NCBI GenBank assembly: GCA_012960225.1
Contig: DUBS01000003.1
Span: 12,145-76,144, forward strand
Length of the DNA stretch: 64,000 bases
Source: Gemmatimonadota bacterium
GTDB taxonomy: Bacteria; Gemmatimonadota; Gemmatimonadetes; Longimicrobiales; Gaopeijiaceae
Direction: 5' to 3'
A program made the position numbers and the translations under genes. Under the pieces are notes generated by a model. It saw only the letters and a program-made list of their open reading frames with translations. It ran no database searches and was not told the origin of the DNA. Each line of letters opens with the position of its first letter. Position 1 is the first letter of the stretch. Positions 17,541 through 25,539 of this stretch are shown here, one piece after another.

Positions 17541-19268
17541 CTATTCCGTCGGCACGGTAAATCGAACTGTTGTTCCCTGACCGAGTTGACTCTCCGCGAC
17601 AACCTCTCCGCCCATTTCCGATACTAGGTGGCGAACAATCGCTAACCCGAGGCCCGTTCCTCCAAAGTCTCTGGCTCTAGCAGAATCAGCTCGATAGAAA
17701 CGCTCAAAAATTCGTGGCAATGACTCAGCAGGAATTCCGTCACCGTCATCTGAGATCACCACCTCAACCATAGAATCTTGGGTCAGGGCCATAGAAACAT
17801 TGATTGAGCCCCCGCTATCGGTATGCCGAATAGAATTCTCGAGCAAGTTTCTAAAGATGTGAAATAGCCCCTCGCGGTCACCCATGACCCTCAGGTTACC
17901 GCGGATATCGAAGGAAATTCCTTCCTTGCCTTCGATGTCTCTTACCACCTGCCATGCCTCTTGTGTTACCTCCTTCGTATCCACTGACTCTCGGCGCCCA
18001 GTCCATCCACCTGATTCCAGTTTAGATAGATCTAAGAGGTCCTCCACTAGGTGCTCTAGTCGGAGCGTGTTCTTACGAATCGAGGTAAGGAACTCCAATT
18101 TGAGCTTCTCTGGCGGGTCATCATCAAGCAGTGTTTCCGCATACCCTCGAATCGAGGTAAGAGGTGTCTTCAGTTCATGCGATGCGTTTGCTACAAAGTC
18201 ACGTCTTACTTGTTCAAGCCGGCGAATTTCACTGATGTCTAACAACGTTGTGACGGCACCCCCTGGATCTAAGGCACGAGATGAGACCAGTAAGTGTCTC
18301 CCATTGACCTCAACTTCATCTGAATTACCTGGCCTGATTACGGAATCCTCCAGGATAGAGCGCAGTTTGTTATCGCTGACCACGGAGTTGACTGGAGCAA
18401 GAACTGGTGTATCTAGTAACTCAAGGAGTGCACGAGCACTCCGATTCATACGGATTACCCTGGCATCCTCACTAAGCGCAATAACACCCTCAGCCATGCA
18501 ATCAATGAGTGTCTGCATTTCTTCACGCTCATGCCCAAGCTCGGTCAACCGAGACTGAAGTTCATCAGTGAGTAGATTGAACGCATCAGTAACATCTTGA
18601 AGCTCGGTGACCTTCGCATCCGGAACTCTCACCCTGTAATTCCCTTTACTGAACTGTCTCGCCCGTTGCGCCAAGAGTACCAGTGGCCTCGTTAGAGCGA
18701 TACTGATCATATAAGCCGCTGCAAGAGCAAAGAGCATGGCTAATAAACCAGTCAGAGCAACAGTCCTCTGCACTCCAGAGACTGTACGCTCTATACCTGT
18801 TTGTGGGGCAGCAATTCTCATAATAACCGAGGAGCCGTCGAGTATGATCAGTCTAGCTGCATAGAGAAGTGGCTCGGCAACAGTCTCGCTCGTGCGTTCC
18901 GCAAAACTCACGGTCTCACCACCAACTAACACGCCCTGAACCTCAGGGCGGTCGTAGTGATTCTCAACCTCAGGCAGTCGCGCTAGTTCTACGTGAGAAT
19001 CACCGAGTACACGGCCATCAGGATCAATGAAGGTGACTCTGTAGCCAATGCGATCCGTGATCTCTCCTGCAACCGAATCCAGGTCGACTAATTCAGCTTC
19101 CTGAACGACCCATTCACCTAGGGCGAGCTGCCGCTCCAAATCCGCCCGAACCGTCAATCCAAGTTCCCTTCTGAGGCCACTGCTTACTAATAGCACAATC
19201 AGGACTAGAAGAAGCCCAATGACGCCTAAGAAAGCGGCAAAGAGAGGGTATTGGATCCTTATGCGCAT
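17541..19268 (-). CDS. phoR: sensor histidine kinase PhoR-like, with a roughly 140-aa extracytoplasmic domain
   Basis: TM1, periplasmic segment, TM2, HAMP, PAS, HisKA (SHELKTPLTSIRGY) and HATPase (N, G1, G2 boxes). Confidence 0.85.
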   Translation of the reverse strand: MRIRIQYPLFAAFLGVIGLLLVLIVLLVSSGLRRELGLTVRADLERQLALGEWVVQEAELVDLDSVAGEITDRIGYRVTFIDPDGRVLGDSHVELARLPEVENHYDRPEVQGVLVGGETVSFAERTSETVAEPLLYAARLIILDGSSVIMRIAAPQTGIERTVSGVQRTVALTGLLAMLFALAAAYMISIALTRPLVLLAQRARQFSKGNYRVRVPDAKVTELQDVTDAFNLLTDELQSRLTELGHEREEMQTLIDCMAEGVIALSEDARVIRMNRSARALLELLDTPVLAPVNSVVSDNKLRSILEDSVIRPGNSDEVEVNGRHLLVSSRALDPGGAVTTLLDISEIRRLEQVRRDFVANASHELKTPLTSIRGYAETLLDDDPPEKLKLEFLTSIRKNTLRLEHLVEDLLDLSKLESGGWTGRRESVDTKEVTQEAWQVVRDIEGKEGISFDIRGNLRVMGDREGLFHIFRNLLENSIRHTDSGGSINVSMALTQDSMVEVVISDDGDGIPAESLPRIFERFYRADSARARDFGGTGLGLAIVRHLVSEMGGEVVAESQLGQGTTVRFTVPTE

Positions 19269-19373
19269 ACGGTTATAGCCTTATCGGTACGGCGCCTTCA
19301 CGTGCACTTCTAGGTTGGGCATCAAATACAATGGAGAACAAACTTGGATTTCTAGTAATACCGATCAGGAAAA

Positions 19374-20135
19374 CTATTCCAGATTCTTCTTTAGGCGATA
19401 ACCAAATCCCCGCACAGTCTGAATGGAATCACCAGCTGTACCGAGCTTGGCTCGTAGGCGCTGCACATGTATGTCAACTGTACGTGTCTCAAGTCGATCC
19501 GACACATCAGCCTCAACATCCCAAGCTTTTTCCAAAAGCTGCCTTCTACTTAGTGTTCGCTCACGGCACTCTAGAAGCGCACGGAGCAATCTGAACTCCG
19601 TCGGCGTCAGGGATACATCTTCGTCCAAAACCGAGACCTGCATCGCGCTAACATCCATATGAATGGGGCCCACTCGGAAAACTCTTAATCCCGCAGATCC
19701 TCCTCCAGATTCAGGTGCTCTCCTCAGGATAGCCTGAACCCTGAGCACCAGCTCTCGTGGACTAAATGGTTTGGTTAAGTAATCGTCAGCGCCCAACTCC
19801 AAACCTGCAATGCGCTCTTCCTGTTCCTTCTTGGCAGTCAATACTAAGACGGGGATTCCCTCAGTTTCCGGGTCATCCTTCAAGCGACCCAAAACCTCAT
19901 CACCACTAATACCAGGAAGCATACGATCCAGAACAATGAGGTCGGGAATGTCTCGTCCCACCGCCCTCAGAGCTTCAATCCCATTCAAAGTAGTCTCAAC
20001 CCTGAAACCTGCGCGGGTCAGTTGGTAGCCGATAAGAGCAGCAATGTCAGGTTCATCCTCTACGACTAGGACTCTTTGATTCCCGGAAGTAACCTGGGAA
20101 CCGGGTTCCTTACTATCATTGACAAACGTTTTCAT
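19374..20135 (-). CDS. phoB: OmpR/PhoB-family response regulator
   Basis: Receiver domain (VLVVEDEPDI ... LIVLDRMLPG ... LTAK) plus a winged-helix output (LTPTEFRLL ... VDIHVQRLRAKL ... GFGYRL). It sits upstream of phoR. Confidence 0.85.
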   Translation of the reverse strand: MKTFVNDSKEPGSQVTSGNQRVLVVEDEPDIAALIGYQLTRAGFRVETTLNGIEALRAVGRDIPDLIVLDRMLPGISGDEVLGRLKDDPETEGIPVLVLTAKKEQEERIAGLELGADDYLTKPFSPRELVLRVQAILRRAPESGGGSAGLRVFRVGPIHMDVSAMQVSVLDEDVSLTPTEFRLLRALLECRERTLSRRQLLEKAWDVEADVSDRLETRTVDIHVQRLRAKLGTAGDSIQTVRGFGYRLKKNLE

Positions 20136-20188
20136 TTAACTGCTAAGTAACTGTCCCGGGACGAGTAGTTGGTAACTGTGTACTGGGC

Positions 20189-21421
20189 TCAAGTGCCACG
20201 GCAGAGGTGCTCAAGTTCCTCCTCTGTAAGAGTATGGTCCGTCTTCTTAGACGCGGTGAAAATTCTCTGCACCAAGTTCTCGTCGTCCTCGTTGTATCCA
20301 TGCCTCCGGAGCCAGTGCTTTATGTTCGACTGGCCCGACATAGGCCCGACTTCGATGACTTGCTCTCGACCAACCAGTGACGCAGGGACGCTCGAATAGA
20401 TTCTATCCGCTAACCAAACGTCGCCCTTGGCCTCGGCTTTCATGATCGCTGCCGCATGGACTCCAGTGCCGGTGCGGAAAGCGTCTCGACCCACAACCGG
20501 GGATGAGTGGATGAGTGGGATCTGGCACATATCTGCTGCTAACTGACAGTATTCCGGAAGAACAGATAGATCGAATTTGTATCCACTGAGTAGATGTAGA
20601 TTGACCAAAAGCAGTTCCATTTCGGCATTTCCACATCGCTCACCGAGTCCGAGCGCAGTTGCATGCACCCGGGTGGCTCCCGCCTCGATTGCGGCAAATG
20701 CATTGGCTAGAGCAAGACCGCGATCGCGATGTCCATGCCAATCGATCGCGATGTCCATCCCCGAAGGCTGCACGATCTCCTCTATCACGAACCGAACCAG
20801 GGCCCTGACTCCATCTGGGGTAGCGTGGCCGACCGTATCGGAAATGCAAAGTCGTTCTGCACCGAGTTCGATCGCCCGACCGTAGAGTTCCTTGATGTCC
20901 TCTGGTTTGGCCCGTGTCGTGTCCTCGGTAACCATCATCACCGACATCCCCTCCGCTACTGCAAAGCTTAGCGCTTCCTCGATGGTTTCCAACATCTGGC
21001 CCAAGGCCCACCCCTCGGCATACTTCCGGATCGGTGAGCTCCCGATGAAGGCACATACCTGAATGGGGAGCCCCACGCTCTGGCTGATCTCGACTATCGG
21101 ACGGATATCCTCTATAAGGGTCCTGGCTGCCGCATTCGCATGAATAGACAGTCCAGTATCCGCGATCTCCTTTGCCAATACAGTCACAGCTTCTACGGCG
21201 CGCGGGCCTGCTCCCGGCAAGCCGATGTTCGCTGAATGGATACCCAGTTGATCCATCAGATGCAGTAGACGAATCTTGTCGCCGATTGGCGGATCTACGA
21301 CCGAAGGGTTTTGCAGTCCGTCCCGAAGCGTCTCGTCGTTTAACTGGATCCCTTTAGTGTTTGACCAGTCGAACGCAGGGCTGGACTGATTCCAGTCGTA
21401 AATCAATTCAGATTCTTGCAT
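20189..21421 (-). CDS. HMGL-like (2-isopropylmalate / homocitrate / citramalate synthase family) enzyme
   Basis: LRDGLQ metal-binding motif and DWHGHRDRGLALANAFAAIEAGA..VH TIM-barrel motifs. At 410 aa it has no LeuA regulatory domain. Confidence 0.7.
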   Translation of the reverse strand: MQESELIYDWNQSSPAFDWSNTKGIQLNDETLRDGLQNPSVVDPPIGDKIRLLHLMDQLGIHSANIGLPGAGPRAVEAVTVLAKEIADTGLSIHANAAARTLIEDIRPIVEISQSVGLPIQVCAFIGSSPIRKYAEGWALGQMLETIEEALSFAVAEGMSVMMVTEDTTRAKPEDIKELYGRAIELGAERLCISDTVGHATPDGVRALVRFVIEEIVQPSGMDIAIDWHGHRDRGLALANAFAAIEAGATRVHATALGLGERCGNAEMELLLVNLHLLSGYKFDLSVLPEYCQLAADMCQIPLIHSSPVVGRDAFRTGTGVHAAAIMKAEAKGDVWLADRIYSSVPASLVGREQVIEVGPMSGQSNIKHWLRRHGYNEDDENLVQRIFTASKKTDHTLTEEELEHLCRGT

Positions 21422-21693
21422 GAACGTCGAAATTCGAATGTGGCTTACTATTGTACAATCTAAAGATACCCACCTTTTCCGGAGAGGTCACACAATCGTT
21501 CCCATCCTCGGAGATTTCATCGTGTCCCGAGTAGCCAGGACAGTGGTTAAAGCCACACTATAGATAGGTTCAACTGAACATTCTCTTATAATCTTAAACC
21601 CATGTCCCACTTCTGATGTGACAGAATGACCGACCCCAGAACACCGACCTCGTATGGCGACACTGAAGCTCTGCAGTCGGATTTCCTCGTTCG

Positions 21694-22098
21694 TTGAAGT
21701 GGATTTTGCAGGGCCTCTCAGGCAATCACGCTCACACTGATGTGTCAGCGACAGATCCGAGACTTCGGGGACGCACTTACGCGATCCCATTCGACGGAGT
21801 CTGGAAAACAGCATTAAGAATCTCTAATAAACAAATGCGAGGCTGGTCCGTACTCTACATCGACGACCAAACTGGAGTGATCGTAGCAGAAGCGCTAAGG
21901 CTTCCATGGAGAGATAAAGATGACGTCAGAATCTCGATCGGTCTTGATGAAAATGGTCAGACCCGAGTAGACCTGAGGTCTACCTCCCGCCAAGGGAAAA
22001 GGGATTGGGGTCGGAATCGCCGGAGGATTTTGAGCTTCCTGCGTCTTCTTGATAGGGAGCTTTCTGCACGCCCTGACCAAATCCTAAATCAGAGTTAG
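21694..22098 (+). CDS. DUF1499-like protein
   Basis: C-terminal RSTSRQGKRDWGRNRRRI resembles the DUF1499 RSASR.G..D.G.N..R motif as I remember it. TTG start. Confidence 0.45.
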   Translation: MKWILQGLSGNHAHTDVSATDPRLRGRTYAIPFDGVWKTALRISNKQMRGWSVLYIDDQTGVIVAEALRLPWRDKDDVRISIGLDENGQTRVDLRSTSRQGKRDWGRNRRRILSFLRLLDRELSARPDQILNQS

Positions 22099-22106
22099 GT
22101 GAACGT

Positions 22107-23060
22107 GTGAAAAACATTCTACTTGAAGTCGCTGTCCTTTCGTTAGCGATCTCACTCGCGGCGTGCAATCCAGATGAGCCAGCGCCATCCGGAGATTTAT
22201 CGAGTACTCAAGCGATGGTTAACAGAACTGGATTTTCAGGACCATCCTATGAGAGAAGCTTCGTTTTCATGACAACAACTACAGACAGTCTACTCTTGAT
22301 GCCCTGGCTACTGGAAACGACCCTGGACTCGAATGCGGTTTTCAGGGAAGCACGCGGATGGGTCAACCGGGGCAGCACTTGGGAACCGTTCCTAGCTGAG
22401 CGATGGCAAACCCCTCCAACTCGCTATCCCGCTCGGATTCTTCCCTATGGAACCTTTCGAATCGTTGTCGGAGAAAGCGACAGAGTAGACGGTATCATTT
22501 ACATAGATGGGCCACGGAATCTAGAGCTTGCGCTTGGTAGGTCAGTCGCCCAATGGGGCGGCGCGCGCGAAGAGCGATTACGACTTCTAGAGGCGTCTCT
22601 CCACTTGGGTGAGCAGCGATTGAATGGAATTGTACTTGATATGGCACGCCTCCATTCATCTGATACACCAGCGCGTGGTGATTGGGCATTCTTGACCTCT
22701 GGAGACTCACTCCAGATCGTAGTCCAAGGAGATCTGGAGCACGATATTGAGGCTCCACCGAACTACCGCGGGTGGGGGCTGCTAGATTCTAAAGAATTAC
22801 AATGGCCCTCACTCAGAATCGATTGGGCCCAAGTGAGTGCATATCATCCGGCTCGACGAGATCTGCCCATATCGTGGACCCTTTCCTCTCCGATTGCATC
22901 AGTTGTTGGGACACTAGAAGTCTTGGCTTCCGAGATAGTCACGGGTACGGAATCAGGTCCGGTACTGCCAGTTCACGCCTTGTTCGAGGTGGTCGGTACA
23001 ATTTCGATTGATGGGCTCTCATTTCCAGTGCGCGGCCTATTCAACCATCGCAGGAGATGA
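22107..23060 (+). CDS. hypothetical lipoprotein
   Basis: Lipobox (LAISLAAC) after a GTG start. I recognise no family. Confidence 0.55.
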   Translation: MKNILLEVAVLSLAISLAACNPDEPAPSGDLSSTQAMVNRTGFSGPSYERSFVFMTTTTDSLLLMPWLLETTLDSNAVFREARGWVNRGSTWEPFLAERWQTPPTRYPARILPYGTFRIVVGESDRVDGIIYIDGPRNLELALGRSVAQWGGAREERLRLLEASLHLGEQRLNGIVLDMARLHSSDTPARGDWAFLTSGDSLQIVVQGDLEHDIEAPPNYRGWGLLDSKELQWPSLRIDWAQVSAYHPARRDLPISWTLSSPIASVVGTLEVLASEIVTGTESGPVLPVHALFEVVGTISIDGLSFPVRGLFNHRRR

Positions 23061-23126
23061 TGGTTGATACTTCTCTTTAAATCTGTGTTAGAAGAGAGCT
23101 ATAAGATGATGCTGGTAACTGCGGAA

Positions 23127-23381
23127 TTACTCGTCGGGCAACTCCACCCGAAAGCCACGCGCGCGGCGAGACCCGGCTTCCCGGGAAGTCTGCACTTTAA
23201 CATGACGCTGAAGCCATGCCATCGGAGTGAAGTGGCGCTTGACCTTCTTTCGGCGTCCCGGACCCCGAGCCATGCTTTCCTCGATTTCCTCTGCAGTCTG
23301 GGAGTAGCGCCCCGGTACCCCAAACCATATTCCAAGCGCAAAAGCTAAAAGCCCGCCGAATATCTTCAGTGCGAGAATCAC
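23127..23381 (-). CDS. small membrane protein, one TM helix plus a highly basic tail
   Basis: MILALKIFGGLLAFALGIWFGV TM segment followed by an Arg/Lys-rich C-terminus. It is the last gene of the minus-strand TPR-TerB cluster. Confidence 0.45.
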   Translation of the reverse strand: MILALKIFGGLLAFALGIWFGVPGRYSQTAEEIEESMARGPGRRKKVKRHFTPMAWLQRHVKVQTSREAGSRRARGFRVELPDE

Positions 23382-23394
23382 AGCAACCTGAGAA

Positions 23395-23544
23395 TTAACT
23401 CTTTGTTACAGTTTCGAAGGCGAGCAATCCTAGTCCAATAGACAGAATGATTGCAACCGCATTAGTACCCACTGCAACAAGGCCTACAACCAGCCAGAAT
23501 ACAGCGTGGGTAAACAAGTATCCGCCGGGCACCAAGTTACTCAT
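23395..23544 (-). CDS. candidate 49-aa two-TM micro-protein (below the ORF-track cutoff)
   Basis: Hand translation: MSNLVPGGYLFTHAVFWLVVGLVAVGTNAVAIILSIGLGLLAFETVTKS-stop. It lies between terB-like and the 84-aa gene on the same strand. No obvious SD. Confidence 0.3.
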   Translation of the reverse strand: MSNLVPGGYLFTHAVFWLVVGLVAVGTNAVAIILSIGLGLLAFETVTKS

Positions 23545-23639
23545 GGCTGAAAGAAGAAAGAGAGATAAGGGGTAGACGCGGAAATATGTCGGGGATACTT
23601 CAACCTGTCACCCCCATGTTGGCTAATAGAGAGGAGTTA

Positions 23640-24122
23640 CTATTCGTCGTCTATTAGCGCACTATCTTTGATATCTTCTGCGCGCTTGCGAGCTAAGGTC
23701 AGGTATCCAGGTTCGAGTTTGAGCAGGTGGGAAATCTTTCTCATCAGGTGCTGCTCCTTATCGGCCAATTCTCCATCGGAGTACACCAAGCCCCACATGA
23801 TCTCTGCAAGCACCATTTTCTGACCAACGGAGTAATTGTCGGCTATCAGACTTGTGAATTGCCATAGGTCCACTGCCCCCGCTCGTGCTTCCTCTGCCAA
23901 CTCTATGAGCTGTGTAGCTTGAGCAGGTTCGAGTCCATACTGCCTCCGGATCGCAGACTCCAGATGCTCTCTCTCATCCTCCGTGAACTCTTCATCCGCG
24001 TAAGCAAGCTCAAGCAGAAGGGCACATGCCGCCAATCGGATGTCCTTCTTGTTCTCTTCGTCATCAGACTCTTCAACGGGACTCATGGAAGAGTAGAAGA
24101 ATTTCTTTATAGAATCCAGCAT
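23640..24122 (-). CDS. TerB-family (tellurite-resistance-like) protein
   Basis: Two TerB-like acidic helical repeats (LLLELAYADEEFTEDEREHL and IMWGLVYSDGELADKEQHLM). Confidence 0.7.
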   Translation of the reverse strand: MLDSIKKFFYSSMSPVEESDDEENKKDIRLAACALLLELAYADEEFTEDEREHLESAIRRQYGLEPAQATQLIELAEEARAGAVDLWQFTSLIADNYSVGQKMVLAEIMWGLVYSDGELADKEQHLMRKISHLLKLEPGYLTLARKRAEDIKDSALIDDE

Positions 24123-24179
24123 CCGTATCTCCGTCTAATGACCCCTGAATTCACCCATGTTAACTCAGTTAGATGTGGC

Positions 24180-25196
24180 TTATTCCCGATGTAATTCCTG
24201 GGCTTGCCGGTACATCAACGCCGCTTCTTCAGTCATGTGCTTGCGATCATATAGGTGCCCCAATGTGTAGAAAGCTCTGGAGTTTCTTGGCTGTAAGACT
24301 GTAGCCCGCTCCAGAGCAATAAGCGCTTCATCAAACCGGCCGAGCCTATTGAGGGTTTCGCCATAATAGTAGAATGCGCGCGCTGATTCACGATCCTGCT
24401 CGCAAACCCAGCGCAGTTCCAACTCTGCGGCAGCATAAGCTCCACGCCGAAAACTGAGGATCCCTACACTCGCTCGCACAGCCACGCTATTCGGAGCAAT
24501 AGCTACCGCTCGAAGTAGTAAATGTTCGGCCTCTCCATACCGTGCTAGTACACCCAATGCCGACCCGTAGTTGACAAGTACCTCGACATTTTGAGGGTCA
24601 ATGCTCTCCGCTGCCTCAAATTGTTCTAGTGCTAATTCGGGATGATCGAGTTCATCATACAGAACCCCAAGGTTGTTACGCGCCTTCACATTTCTAGGGC
24701 TATCGGCCAAGATATCGCGATAGAGTTCGATCGCGTTCCCGATCTGCCCTTCCTGTACAAGGTCTCGAGCTCGACCCAGGCGTTCATCCTGGTGCGGCGA
24801 ATTCTCTGCGCTGAAAAGCGCGTCGTCAGTATCGGTTATATCAAGGTCTTGGGAATATGAATCTTCGACTGCTATCTGGGTTGTGCCCTCCTGATCCGAG
24901 GACCTTATTTTTTTCGGGCTAAGCATCTCTGCGGAGGGTGTAGCATCTTCCTGAGAAATACGGTCTGACAACGGCAGGAATGTACCCTCACCTATTTCTT
25001 GCTGGCCAGGATCATCGTTTAAATCCTCACCTTTAGCCGGGAGCAATTCGGTCTGCGCTTCTGCAGCCGCAAGCTTCTCTCGCTGCTTCTTCTCGGCTGC
25101 CTTCTTCGTTGACACCTTTTTCTTGGTGGTAGATAAAGTTTCTTCAAGGGCCTCTTTTTCGGCCACCGATTTCTTTGTGGGGCCCTTACTCGGCAT
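24180..25196 (-). CDS. TPR repeat protein with a Lys-rich disordered N-terminus
   Basis: About 150 low-complexity N-terminal residues, then 5-6 TPR units (A..Y...L......A...LG..Y). Confidence 0.7.
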   Translation of the reverse strand: MPSKGPTKKSVAEKEALEETLSTTKKKVSTKKAAEKKQREKLAAAEAQTELLPAKGEDLNDDPGQQEIGEGTFLPLSDRISQEDATPSAEMLSPKKIRSSDQEGTTQIAVEDSYSQDLDITDTDDALFSAENSPHQDERLGRARDLVQEGQIGNAIELYRDILADSPRNVKARNNLGVLYDELDHPELALEQFEAAESIDPQNVEVLVNYGSALGVLARYGEAEHLLLRAVAIAPNSVAVRASVGILSFRRGAYAAAELELRWVCEQDRESARAFYYYGETLNRLGRFDEALIALERATVLQPRNSRAFYTLGHLYDRKHMTEEAALMYRQAQELHRE

Positions 25197-25199
25197 CTC

Positions 25200-25535
25200 T
25201 TATCCCTCCACTTCGGAACTAACCCAGGCAAGGTAGGGCGGATATCCGCCAGTTACCGGAATCGAGAGCAACTCAGGAACATCATATGGGTGGAGTTCAA
25301 CCAATCTGGTTTCTAGTGCGTTCACTCGGGCTGCAGTCGTCTTAATGACAAGCATAGCTTCTTGCTCTTCCTGCACTTGCCCCTCCCACCAGTACACTGA
25401 CGAAACCCCGGGAATAACATTAGCACACGCCGCAAGCCGTTCGCTCACAAGCGCTCGTGCGATCCGCTTAGCTTCTTCCATTCCGGGGGCGGCCGTAAGC
25501 AAAGTGACGACTTGAGTCGATACTGTAGGACTCAT
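25200..25535 (-). CDS. cutA: divalent-cation tolerance protein CutA
   Basis: CutA1 signature (LAACANV.PGV.S.Y.W.G.V ... HPYDVPE). Confidence 0.85.
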   Translation of the reverse strand: MSPTVSTQVVTLLTAAPGMEEAKRIARALVSERLAACANVIPGVSSVYWWEGQVQEEQEAMLVIKTTAARVNALETRLVELHPYDVPELLSIPVTGGYPPYLAWVSSEVEG

Positions 25536-25539
25536 TGTT

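Noticed and set aside
21488-21814. A 108-aa minus-strand ORF in the HMGL/DUF1499 divergent region.
   Set aside because: It overlaps the 5' part of the DUF1499-like gene on the other strand and has no motifs. It is likely spurious.
23926-23936. GGTTCGAGTCC, a tRNA T-loop-like string.
   Set aside because: It lies inside the TerB-like CDS and has no flanking acceptor or anticodon arms. No tRNA or tRNA-Sec was recognisable anywhere in the window by eye.
25194-25202. CutA and the downstream TPR gene share a frame, separated by a stop plus one codon.
   Set aside because: The stop is TAA, not TGA, and the two proteins are unrelated complete domains. This is coincidental phasing.
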